Positions 9,581 to 18,772 of a stretch of 64,000 nt of DNA are shown piece by piece; the stretch's first letter is position 1; the number at the start of each line of letters is the position of its first letter. The stretch covers positions 356,969 through 420,968 of the forward strand of contig CAVRCF010000003.1 in the NCBI GenBank assembly GCA_963719505.1, written 5' to 3'. The DNA is from Halobacteriovoraceae bacterium. GTDB lineage: Bacteria; Bdellovibrionota; Bacteriovoracia; Bacteriovoracales; Bacteriovoracaceae. Below the pieces are notes generated by a model. The model ran no database searches. It was not told the origin of the DNA and saw nothing but the letters and a program-made list of their open reading frames with translations. The position numbers and the translations under genes are program-made.

Positions 9581-10700
9581 ATGCTTAAAAAAGTATAACT
9601 TATTCTTCTTGGAAAGCAGTACACAAGTATTGGTGGACAAGCTGTTATTGAAGGAGTGATGATGCGTTCTCCGAATGCATTTGTCGTGGCCGTTAGAAAG
9701 CCGGATGGAACGATCAGACTTCGTCGCGATCAATGGTTTGGTCTTTCTCAGAAATGGAACTTCTTAAGAAAACCATTTTTCCGTGGAATTATTATGCTGG
9801 TTGAGACAATGGCAAACGGAATTGTCTCTCTTAATTATTCTGCTAATATTGCCATGGATGAAGAGATGAAAGAGGAAGCCTTAAAAAAAGGTAAAACTCT
9901 GGAACAATACGAAGCCTCAAAAAAGAAAAAAGAGAAAATTGATTGGGCGACATTTTTTACCATTGCAACAAGCTTTGCTTTTGGGATGGGACTTTTTGTT
10001 TTCGTTCCCCACGCAGCGACTGCAGGGATTGCGAATACTTTTTAACCTCAATTGGGATCTTGATGGTTTTGCCTTTCACTTTGTTGATGGAGTTATAAAA
10101 GCTTGTATTTTTATTCTCTATATTTGGCTTATAGGATTTCTGCCTGATATTAAAAGAGTTTTCCAATATCACGGTGCGGAACATAAATCGATTTCTACTT
10201 TTGAAGCTGGAGATGCACTGACTGTGGAAAACGCGAGAAAATATACAACTCTTCACCCTCGATGTGGAACGAGCTTTATTTTCTTTTTGCTTTTTATCTC
10301 AATCATTATTTTTTCCGTTCTTTTTACAATTGTTCCAATAGGTCAGGGTCTTCCGCTTGTGCTTAAGCACCTTACTGCGATTGTTGTTAAAATAGGTTTT
10401 ATGATTCCTGTGGCCGGTATCTCTTATGAGATTATAAAACTTGCTGGGAAGTATCCTAATAATCTTGCTTGTAAGTCCTTGAGTATGCCTGGGATGATGC
10501 TGCAAAAATTAACGACGAAAGAGCCGGATGACACTCAATTAGAGATCGCTTTATCCAGTATCAAAGCCGTACTTTTTCTAGAAGATAAATATAATCTTAA
10601 AGATGCAAAAGAGAGAGTTATCTCACAAGAAGAGATCGATATTGAGAACTTGGATGCAATTGAAAGCGCCAATACCTCACTTAACGATTTTTTGGAGTAA
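9581..10700 (+). pseudogene. DUF1385 (YqhQ-like) membrane protein, frameshifted
   Basis: IGGQAVIEGVMMR, FQYHGAEHK, HPRCGTSF, LQKLTTKEP motifs spread over two frames, breaking near 10035; in-frame TAA near the start. Confidence 0.85.
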
Positions 10701-10706
10701 TACACT

Positions 10707-11780
10707 ATGTCTATGTTCGATCAATTAGATCAAGTTGTTAAAAAGTTTGAAGAGCTGACTGAGAAGATGGCCGATCCTACTCTTTACGACAGACAAGATG
10801 AATTCAAGCAAGTCTCTACTGACCGTGGAAATATGGAAGACTTGGTTATTTGTTATAGAAAATATAAAAAAATAAAATCAGATCTTGCTGGAGCTAAAGA
10901 GCTTCTTCGCTCTGAAGATGACGCTGAAATGAAAGAGATGGCCAAAGAGGAAATCTCTGAATACGAAGCCCTTATCCCAGCACTTGAAGCTGAGCTTCAA
11001 GTTCTTCTGCTTCCAAAAGATCCTCTCGATGATAAGAACATTATGCTTGAGCTAAGAGCTGGAGCTGGTGGAGATGAAGCCTCAATTTTTGTTGCAGACG
11101 TTTTTAGAATGTATAGAAATTACTTTTCAACTTTAGGTTTTAAATGTGAAATCGTCTCAACTTCAGAAGGAGATGAGGGGTTAAAAGAAGTTATCGCCTC
11201 TGTCACTGGAGATAAAGTCTATTCTAAAATGAAATATGAGTCTGGGGTTCATAGAGTTCAAAGAGTTCCAAAGACTGAATCTCAAGGGCGTGTTCATACC
11301 TCTACTATCACAGTTGCAGTTATGCCTGAAGCTGATGAAGTAGACTTTCAACTCGATCTAAACGACGTTAGAATTGATGTCTATCGTTCAGGTGGAGCTG
11401 GTGGGCAGTCGGTAAACACCACCGACTCAGCTGTTCGAGTAACACATATTCCAACGGGAACTGTTGTTGCCAATCAAGATCAAAAGTCACAATTAAAAAA
11501 TAAAGAAAAAGCCCTAAGAATTCTTAGAAATAGAATCTACGATAAAATGCTTCAAGAGCACAATAAAGGTATCGCAGATGAAAGAAAAGGACTTGTTGGA
11601 ACGGGAGATAGGTCTGAGAGAATTAGAACCTACAACTTTCCACAAGGAAGACTTTCTGATCACAGAATTGGTCTAACTCTTTACAGTCTTGATAAAATTA
11701 TTGAAGGTGACCTTGCACCTGTTACCGATGCTTTAATCGCACACAATCAAGCCACACTCCTTCAGGGTAATGAAGACTAA
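10707..11780 (+). CDS. prfA: Peptide chain release factor 1
   Basis: PKT tripeptide (RVPKTE), GGQ motif, RSERIRTYNFPQ. Confidence 0.98.
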   Translation: MSMFDQLDQVVKKFEELTEKMADPTLYDRQDEFKQVSTDRGNMEDLVICYRKYKKIKSDLAGAKELLRSEDDAEMKEMAKEEISEYEALIPALEAELQVLLLPKDPLDDKNIMLELRAGAGGDEASIFVADVFRMYRNYFSTLGFKCEIVSTSEGDEGLKEVIASVTGDKVYSKMKYESGVHRVQRVPKTESQGRVHTSTITVAVMPEADEVDFQLDLNDVRIDVYRSGGAGGQSVNTTDSAVRVTHIPTGTVVANQDQKSQLKNKEKALRILRNRIYDKMLQEHNKGIADERKGLVGTGDRSERIRTYNFPQGRLSDHRIGLTLYSLDKIIEGDLAPVTDALIAHNQATLLQGNED

Positions 11781-12624
11781 GTCCATTAGAGATCACTTTA
11801 AGGTTTACTTCGAGAAGAATCAAAAACGTCTTGACCTCAATTATCCAGGAATTCAATTTCAGCGATTTCTTCAAGAGTACTGTGAGTATGATAGCTCTAA
11901 CCCAGATGATCCTTATGTTATGGAAAATCCTGGTTTCTTTGAAAAACTTACTCAAGGTGTGCCTTTTGAGTATATGAACTTCAAATCATTTTTTTATAAA
12001 CAAGAATTTTATGTGAATAAAGATGTTCTTATTCCTCGTTCTGAAACAGAAATCCTTTGTGAAAAAGCCATCGACTTTATTGAATCTCACTATCATGATG
12101 ACTTCTCACTTCTTGATGTTGGGACAGGATCAGGTGTTATCGCACTAACAGTGGCCACTGAAATTAAAAATAAGCTGAAGATAAAAGCCACCGATGTATC
12201 TAACTCTGCTTTAGAAGTCGCCAATATAAATTACGATAATCTTTTCTCTCAAATTCCTATAACCACAAGAATTGAGTTTGAAAACAGAGATCGACTTTTT
12301 GGAATCGATGAGACATTTGACCTTATTGTAAGTAATCCACCGTATATCAAAGAGATCACTGATAGAGAACATGTTCACCCTCAAGCTGAAATGCATGAAC
12401 CTCATCTTGCTTTATTTTTAAATGATGAGACTTATGACAAGTGGTTTGAAACTCTTTTTGAACAGGTCTCGGTCTGTTTAAAAGCTGGAGGATTATTCAT
12501 CATGGAAGGGCATGAACATCATCTGAAAGCACAAAGAGTACAGGCTTCTCCTTTTTTTGAGAGTTTAGAAGTTCTTTGTGATTATACTGGACGAGATCGA
12601 TTCCTAATCGGGAGAAAGAAATAA
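11770..12624 (+). CDS. prmC: Release factor glutamine methyltransferase
   Basis: VLIPRSETE, LDVGTGSG, VSNPPY; directly follows prfA. Confidence 0.93.
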   Translation: MKTKSIRDHFKVYFEKNQKRLDLNYPGIQFQRFLQEYCEYDSSNPDDPYVMENPGFFEKLTQGVPFEYMNFKSFFYKQEFYVNKDVLIPRSETEILCEKAIDFIESHYHDDFSLLDVGTGSGVIALTVATEIKNKLKIKATDVSNSALEVANINYDNLFSQIPITTRIEFENRDRLFGIDETFDLIVSNPPYIKEITDREHVHPQAEMHEPHLALFLNDETYDKWFETLFEQVSVCLKAGGLFIMEGHEHHLKAQRVQASPFFESLEVLCDYTGRDRFLIGRKK

Positions 12625-13220
12625 TGAAAAAAATCCTTCTGCTTTTTATGATGGGTTGTGCTTCAATTACTCCCGACTTTAAACAAGAGGAAGTTATTGC
12701 GGGGAAGTCACAAATTGTTTTCTATTGGCCCTCTCAGTGGCAATCACAGTGGGGAAGATATATTATCTCTATCAATGGCGAAGATAAAATCGTTTTGAGA
12801 AACGAGGGATACTTCTCAATAAGGGTAGATGTTGGAAGAATTGATATCAGCTCAAGACATTTTCAAAATAAAGATTTTATCTTAAACACCAAACTTCACG
12901 CTAAAAGTAAAAAACAATATTTTTTAAAACTCGATACTCAGCCAAAAGAGGTTACTCTGATGAGTGCGATGGGAGATATTACTTCCGTTGGAACTGTTAT
13001 TTCTGGGCTAAAGTCACATCAAAAATTAAAAGAAGGAAGAGGGTCTTACAAGGACGCCTCTAATTATATTAAAGCTGAACAGTTGAAACTTGAAATGGAA
13101 CATAAAAAGACCAAGCCCTTAGGCTTCCATGTGCTCACTCAAATAGAAAACGATGTGGCCTTATTAGAACTTGAGACGTGTTGCTCTTCAAAAAAGACAG
13201 ATAAAATACAAAAGGATTAA
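12624..13220 (+). CDS. Lipoprotein, DUF2846-like
   Basis: Short lipoprotein signal (MMGC-AS); IVFYWP..ISING..LRNEGYF pattern. Confidence 0.55.
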   Translation: MKKILLLFMMGCASITPDFKQEEVIAGKSQIVFYWPSQWQSQWGRYIISINGEDKIVLRNEGYFSIRVDVGRIDISSRHFQNKDFILNTKLHAKSKKQYFLKLDTQPKEVTLMSAMGDITSVGTVISGLKSHQKLKEGRGSYKDASNYIKAEQLKLEMEHKKTKPLGFHVLTQIENDVALLELETCCSSKKTDKIQKD

Positions 13221-13223
13221 ATC

Positions 13224-14492
13224 ATGGATAAACTCATTGTAAAAGGACCGACCACTTTAAGTGGAGAAGTTAGAGTCTCAAGTGCAAAAAATGCATCTCT
13301 ACCTATTCTTGCGGCAACGATTTTATATCCAGGAAAAATAAACTTCAAGAACCTCCCAGGTCTAAGTGATATAAACTTCTTTACGCAAATCTTAGAAAGC
13401 TTAGGAGCCGTTGTTTTAAAAACAGATTCTGGACATCTGATCGATGGTGAGAATATTAATCGTGTCACGGCAGATTATGAGCTTGTGAGAAAGATGAGGG
13501 CTTCGGTCTTGGTTCTTGGTCCACTTTTAGCGAGATTTAAAAAAGCTAAAGTCTCTCTTCCTGGTGGCTGTGCTATTGGAACGAGACCTGTTGATATACA
13601 CCTAAAAGGTCTTGAGGCTTTAGGGGCAAAAATTGAGATTGAAGAGGGGTATATTAATGCCAGCTGTGACAAGCTAATCGGTGCATCAATTCACCTCTCT
13701 TTTCCTTCGGTTGGGGCTACTGAAAATCTAATGATGGCCGCGTGCTTTGCACAGGGTGAAACCATTCTTGAAAATGCAGCCTGTGAGCCTGAGATTGAAG
13801 ATCATGCTAATTTTCTAAATGCCTGTGGTTTTGAAATCACTGGGGCCGGTACTTCAACGATTAAAATTCAAGGGAAAACAATTGATGATATTAAGTCTGG
13901 TAAAACGATTGATTACTCCATTATAGGAGATCGAATCGAAGCGGCGACCTATATCATAGCTGGTCTTATGACGGATTCTGAAATAACAGTTACAGGCTTT
14001 AACCCAAAGCATATTGAAGAGGTTTTAAAGGTCTTAAAGTCGATGGGAGCAAAGCTTGAAGTTTCCAAAGACTCTGTGAAGGTCTTTAAGTCTGGAAAAC
14101 TCAATGGTGCAAAAATTGAAACCAGACCTCATCCAGGTTTTCCTACTGATGTTCAAGCCCAGCTTATGAGTCTGATGGGAGTTTCAAGAGGGTATTCAAT
14201 TGTTAGTGAGAAGATCTTTGAAAATCGCTTTATGCATGTTCCAGAGCTTGTCAGAATGGGGATGAAAGTTGATCTTGATGGGCATTATGCTTTTATAAGA
14301 GGCGTGGAGAAGCCCTCAGGTGCTCCTGTTATGTGTACTGATCTTCGAGCAAGTGCGGCTCTTATTTTATCTGCTCTTCTCGTTGATGGAGAAACGACAA
14401 TAAATAGGATTTATCATCTCGATCGAGGTTACGAAAATATCGAAGGGAAACTCAAGTCTCTTGGAGCAAATATTAAAAGGGTGAAAGAATAA
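13224..14492 (+). CDS. murA: UDP-N-acetylglucosamine 1-carboxyvinyltransferase
   Basis: AKNASLP, MRASVLVLGPL, LPGGCAIGTRP, PGFPTD, DLRAS, HLDRGYE. Confidence 0.98.
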   Translation: MDKLIVKGPTTLSGEVRVSSAKNASLPILAATILYPGKINFKNLPGLSDINFFTQILESLGAVVLKTDSGHLIDGENINRVTADYELVRKMRASVLVLGPLLARFKKAKVSLPGGCAIGTRPVDIHLKGLEALGAKIEIEEGYINASCDKLIGASIHLSFPSVGATENLMMAACFAQGETILENAACEPEIEDHANFLNACGFEITGAGTSTIKIQGKTIDDIKSGKTIDYSIIGDRIEAATYIIAGLMTDSEITVTGFNPKHIEEVLKVLKSMGAKLEVSKDSVKVFKSGKLNGAKIETRPHPGFPTDVQAQLMSLMGVSRGYSIVSEKIFENRFMHVPELVRMGMKVDLDGHYAFIRGVEKPSGAPVMCTDLRASAALILSALLVDGETTINRIYHLDRGYENIEGKLKSLGANIKRVKE

Positions 14493-14833
14493 TGGACTGT
14501 TTATTTTGTAAAATCATAAATGATGAGATTCCTTCAACAAAAGTTTTTGAAAATGAAAACGTTTTGGGGTTTGTGGATATCAATCCCATGGCAAAGAAGC
14601 ACTTTCTTTTTATTCATAAAGAACACACTACGGATATTAATGATTTAAGTCTTGTTCATCCAAATCATTTGGCTGACGTTTTTAGTGCTATCCATTCTTT
14701 TACAACGGATAGTGGTCTTTCAAATTCTGGCTTTAGAGTTGTAACAAATAAAGGTTCAGAAGCTGGTCAAACTGTCTTCCATACTCATTTTCATGTTCTC
14801 GGTGGAGAGCAGTTAAAAGGGTTTGGAGCTTAG
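14492..14833 (+). CDS. HIT family nucleotide hydrolase (HinT-like)
   Basis: DCLFCKI start; GQTVFHTHFHVLGG histidine triad. Confidence 0.93.
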   Translation: MDCLFCKIINDEIPSTKVFENENVLGFVDINPMAKKHFLFIHKEHTTDINDLSLVHPNHLADVFSAIHSFTTDSGLSNSGFRVVTNKGSEAGQTVFHTHFHVLGGEQLKGFGA

Positions 14834-14834
14834 T

Positions 14835-15605
14835 TTACTTCTCTGCTTGAAGACCTGAGAAAAGAGCAATGAGAATTGATTGTTGTAATTGATTGAAAGT
14901 GTTTAGCTTGGCCATAAGAAGGATCGGGCTTAATTCAATCTTTGCTGTCGCAATAAGATGTCCTCTGTCTGAGTCGTACTCGGTAATGCTGAATTGCTCG
15001 CCAAAGTCTTTCTCATAGTCTTCCATGATTTTAGCTTCTTTTTCTTTTCCATCAAAAAGTTGTGGTGATTTTTTACCTTTTACGTATGAATAGCAAAGAG
15101 TATTTTTCGCCCCTTTTTCTTTTTGTTTTTCTGTGGGCTCTTTTAAATCATGGAAAATCATTGTGAGCTCGTGGGTGGCAAGGTTTGTTTTTAAGATAAA
15201 CCAAAGCTCTTCAAAGAAAGCATTTCTATCATTGATCCAAAGATCGCGCAAATAGGTGATAAGGCTGTAGATCTGTTCAATTGTTTTTACGTTATTTGTA
15301 AGAATCCATCTGGCATTTACTTTTGTGTAAAGATCAATCAGCTCTTCAAAGTTTAGGTCTTCAAAGATTTCCTTTTCAACACCCAAAGATTCACTTGGTG
15401 TGACAGGATAAAACTTTCCCTCTGCATTTACGACATCTTGGATGGCATCCATATCCTCTTCGTTTGAGAAAAAAAGAAGGTTGAGGTTTTGTTCTTTAAG
15501 GTTGGTCATGTCTATGACTTTAGATTTAGCTGATTTATTGGCGACATCTAGATCTTTTATCATTACTTGAGCTGGTGACTTTATATATCCAATCTTAATT
15601 GACAT
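14835..15605 (-). CDS. Hypothetical cytoplasmic protein
   Basis: 256-aa ORF with RBS; no recognised motif. Confidence 0.6.
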   Translation of the reverse strand: MSIKIGYIKSPAQVMIKDLDVANKSAKSKVIDMTNLKEQNLNLLFFSNEEDMDAIQDVVNAEGKFYPVTPSESLGVEKEIFEDLNFEELIDLYTKVNARWILTNNVKTIEQIYSLITYLRDLWINDRNAFFEELWFILKTNLATHELTMIFHDLKEPTEKQKEKGAKNTLCYSYVKGKKSPQLFDGKEKEAKIMEDYEKDFGEQFSITEYDSDRGHLIATAKIELSPILLMAKLNTFNQLQQSILIALFSGLQAEK

Positions 15606-15677
15606 GATTTATTCCCTATCCTTTTGGTCTGATTTGTTTTTATTCTAACAGACCGGTTTTTAAGTTACAATATCTAG

Positions 15678-16301
15678 GTGAAAGCAATAGCTCTAATATC
15701 TCTATTTTTGATTTCCTTCAGCTCTCTGGGTCAAGATGAGAGGTTTTATCGTAAAATTTTTACGGGTGAATTAACAGATAAGACGCAAGAGGCCATTCAG
15801 TATAAAGTTATCGTTAGATCTCCCAGATATGAAATTGATCTTAACCAAGATAAAATCATGGAAACGATACGAGTTGAAAAAAAAGATGGTTATGATTTTT
15901 TCCTCATTTTTGATCAGTTTGGTCGAGAAATCTTTAATCAAAGACTTCCGGCCATCGGAGCCAAGAGTAGACTTTTAAAAATAGACTTAAAATCCATCAC
16001 AAAAGATGTCAACACATTGATCCTTCATTTCTATGAGGGTGCTATTGATTCAACCAAATTTGAAGCAACGGCAAAACTTTTCTTTGTGACTTTCCAAAAG
16101 AATGATTTAAAAAAGATAAAGTTTTTTAACGGACCTCATTTTTTCCACGAAAAGGAAAAGGGAAGTCAGTATCTAAACCGCCGCTACACTGTCAATACTC
16201 TCGACTATAATAACGATGGCTCCCGTGAGATAAGTGTCTCTTATAATAAAATTAGTCGGATCTACTTCTATACCAGTTCAGGTGAATGGAAAATGCTCTA
16301 A
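15678..16301 (+). CDS. Exported protein with two FG-GAP-like Ca-binding loops
   Basis: Signal peptide; DLNQDKIME and DYNNDGSREI. Confidence 0.55.
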   Translation: MKAIALISLFLISFSSLGQDERFYRKIFTGELTDKTQEAIQYKVIVRSPRYEIDLNQDKIMETIRVEKKDGYDFFLIFDQFGREIFNQRLPAIGAKSRLLKIDLKSITKDVNTLILHFYEGAIDSTKFEATAKLFFVTFQKNDLKKIKFFNGPHFFHEKEKGSQYLNRRYTVNTLDYNNDGSREISVSYNKISRIYFYTSSGEWKML

Positions 16302-16489
16302 ATAACAAGTGTCAAATTTATTGACACCTTCTATAGAAAGTTCAAAGAGCGTACGCTAAGTCTTAAATTCCTCTATTATCTAAAAAAGAAAATTTTTGTC
16401 GTTTATCGAACATGAAAGTAATCATTTTATTAGTTTCATTATCGGTCTTGATATCAGTTAAAAACGAATCTTTAAATATAGGAGAAAAA

Positions 16490-17422
16490 ATGAAAACAAA
16501 ATCTTTAATTGGAGTGCTAAGTCTTGGAGTGTGTTTGTCCGCGTTCGCGTCTAGTGATAATTACAGAGATCTCAAGGTTAATGACGATGGAACTTCCACC
16601 ATTATAGGCCCCGCTTTCACCATTGCAACCGGTGGAAACGCGAGGATTAGTTCGAAATCAAATAGGAATGGAGTTTGTAAACTCTATGGTTTTGATCTTA
16701 TGATTGGAGAAGGTTCAATTACAGTTGGTGATGACAGAGAGAGAACGGCAGTCATCGATGGCAATGGTAGGTACTCGGCTTATACAAGTTATAATAATTC
16801 ATATAATAACAGCTATATTGACTCGATTGTTTGTGCGAGAAATCATCAAACTCTAAGCGTATCGGCCAGAACACAGCCTCTATTAAACGACGACGGATCG
16901 TTCACGTTACTAGATCCAAAAGTTGGTCATTATGATGGGGGAAGAGTGAGTCGAATCAGTGGACACTCTAATCTCGACGGTGTCTGTAACTATCATGGAC
17001 TTGGAAGGGCTCTTAATGCAACGGCGATTAGAGTTGGTGACGATAGAGAGCGCACAGTTGTTTTAGAAAGTGGGGGACGATTCCAAGGATTTAAAAAGTA
17101 CAATAATAGCTACAATAATAGTTATATTAAGAGTCTTGTTTGTGAAGCCCAAGCCGGATATCCAGATAATAATGGAGAGATTAATGAGACAGTGGAGATC
17201 TCTAGACGTGAGCTTTTAAGAATGCAAAATTTAATAACAAAGCTTCAAGAACTTACAAATGTCCTGAGAACCGATCTTCAAAGAACTCAAGCTGAAAGAG
17301 ATGCTCTTCGTGCTCAACTTGAACAAGCAATTGCTGATCTTGAAAGAGAAGTGATTGATAATGGTGAAGCTAAAAGAGAGCTTATGAAACTAAAAGCGCA
17401 ACTCCTAAGACTTGCGCAGTAA
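16490..17422 (+). CDS. Secreted protein with a tandem-duplicated two-Cys domain and C-terminal coiled coil
   Basis: ATG 16490 after GGAG; signal peptide ..AFA; two ~95-aa repeats; heptad-rich tail. Confidence 0.75.
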   Translation: MKTKSLIGVLSLGVCLSAFASSDNYRDLKVNDDGTSTIIGPAFTIATGGNARISSKSNRNGVCKLYGFDLMIGEGSITVGDDRERTAVIDGNGRYSAYTSYNNSYNNSYIDSIVCARNHQTLSVSARTQPLLNDDGSFTLLDPKVGHYDGGRVSRISGHSNLDGVCNYHGLGRALNATAIRVGDDRERTVVLESGGRFQGFKKYNNSYNNSYIKSLVCEAQAGYPDNNGEINETVEISRRELLRMQNLITKLQELTNVLRTDLQRTQAERDALRAQLEQAIADLEREVIDNGEAKRELMKLKAQLLRLAQ

Positions 17423-17458
17423 TCAACAAAAATATTTATCATTGAATGAAGCAGTCTT

Positions 17459-17881
17459 TTAGGCTGCTTTTTTCTTGTCTTCTTTTTCAGTTTGCTCAGG
17501 TCTGTGATCAGACAGGCTTGCAACATTCTCTTGTCCAATTGTATCGGCATAAGTCTGATGAGTCGTTTCCTCTTCAGTTGTCGTTCCAAGCTTTTGAGTT
17601 GATTTGTTGATGAAAAACCACATCATAAAAGGAAGAAGAGCAAAAGAGACAAGGGTTAATCCTGCAAGCCACTGAGGTGTTGCGGTCTCCATTGTATTTG
17701 GTCCCATATTATTTGCTTTAATGAAGTTCCCAAAGTTATATTGAACCTCAACTCCTACTGAAGTTGGGTTATAGCTTTCAGTTTCAACTCCCACCACAGG
17801 CTCAACTGCCGGTTTTCGAGCAAAGGAATTTGCTGAAAAAAGGGATAAGAGAACGCCTAGTAGTAAAAAATGTTTTGTCAT
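17459..17881 (-). CDS. Small exported single-pass membrane protein
   Basis: Signal peptide (NSFA), one TM helix, charged C-terminus ending KKAA. Confidence 0.65.
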   Translation of the reverse strand: MTKHFLLLGVLLSLFSANSFARKPAVEPVVGVETESYNPTSVGVEVQYNFGNFIKANNMGPNTMETATPQWLAGLTLVSFALLPFMMWFFINKSTQKLGTTTEEETTHQTYADTIGQENVASLSDHRPEQTEKEDKKKAA

Positions 17882-17912
17882 AATAAGTCTCCATTCAAAC
17901 TTCTTAAATTCT

Positions 17913-17940
17913 TTATCGGAAAAGGGTGTTCATTTCTTTA
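17913..17940 (-). promoter_or_regulatory. Putative sigma-28 (FliA) promoter
   Basis: Minus strand TAAA-N16-TCCGATAA upstream of the 17881 start. Confidence 0.65.
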
Positions 17941-18000
17941 GTTAATTTCTTTAATTGAGTGGCCCAGTAGGCAATTATTGCAATATTGCTGAAAAAACAC

Positions 18001-18028
18001 TAAAGCATTGATTGATATAGTCCGAATA
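18001..18028 (+). promoter_or_regulatory. Putative sigma-28 (FliA) promoter
   Basis: TAAA-N16-TCCGAATA upstream of the 18065 start. Confidence 0.6.
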
Positions 18029-18064
18029 GAAGGTGAAGTTACAACCTTGAAGTAGGAATAGGAC

Positions 18065-18763
18065 ATGAAAGAAATCACAGCAATGGCAGTTTTTACATTT
18101 ATTTTCTCGTACGTTATAGGCCAATCAGGCTTTTGGGGAGAGTTTAAAGAGAAAGCTGAAGTTGTGCATAATTATGAGTTCAAATCCATGATGCTGGCCA
18201 AGGAACTCAGACTTGCACAAAAAGAAATTGAAGTCTTGAGAGGCAAAATCTCCAAGATTAATTTAGAGAAAGAACACCTTGCTCTAAAGGCTGAAGATAA
18301 GTCGAGAACACTTGCGAGTGTCCCTCTTAAATCAAAAGATGACTTAGTTAATTTCGAGGTCTTTAAATGGTCTGCAGAAAAACTTCTGGGGATTGGAGAG
18401 AAAAGTCTTCACTTTAAGAAATATGAAAAAGCTTCTCAGTACTACCAAACTCTTGTGAAGAATTACCCAAGTAACAAAATTGTGACAGATAAGGTTCTTT
18501 TCGAAGCTGGTATTGCCGCTTACGAATCAAAAAAACATTATCCTTGGGCCGTAAGCCACTTTGAGACGGTAATAAAGAAGTATCCAAAATCCAAGCTAAG
18601 AAGAGGGGCTAAGCTTTGGCTAGCACTTTCTCACTATCATCAAGGGGATGAAAAAGTCTTTCTTGAGACTGTTGAAGAGTTTAGATCTAAATATAGAAAT
18701 ACAAAAGAGTGGGCCGTCCTAAGTAAATACTACGAAGACATTGCCTACAAATATAATAAATAG
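18065..18763 (+). CDS. Membrane-anchored coiled-coil plus TPR protein (CpoB/BamD-like TPR)
   Basis: N-terminal hydrophobic helix, coiled coil, YQTLVKNYPS and FETVIKKYPKS TPR motifs. Confidence 0.7.
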   Translation: MKEITAMAVFTFIFSYVIGQSGFWGEFKEKAEVVHNYEFKSMMLAKELRLAQKEIEVLRGKISKINLEKEHLALKAEDKSRTLASVPLKSKDDLVNFEVFKWSAEKLLGIGEKSLHFKKYEKASQYYQTLVKNYPSNKIVTDKVLFEAGIAAYESKKHYPWAVSHFETVIKKYPKSKLRRGAKLWLALSHYHQGDEKVFLETVEEFRSKYRNTKEWAVLSKYYEDIAYKYNK

Positions 18764-18772
18764 GAAAAGAAA

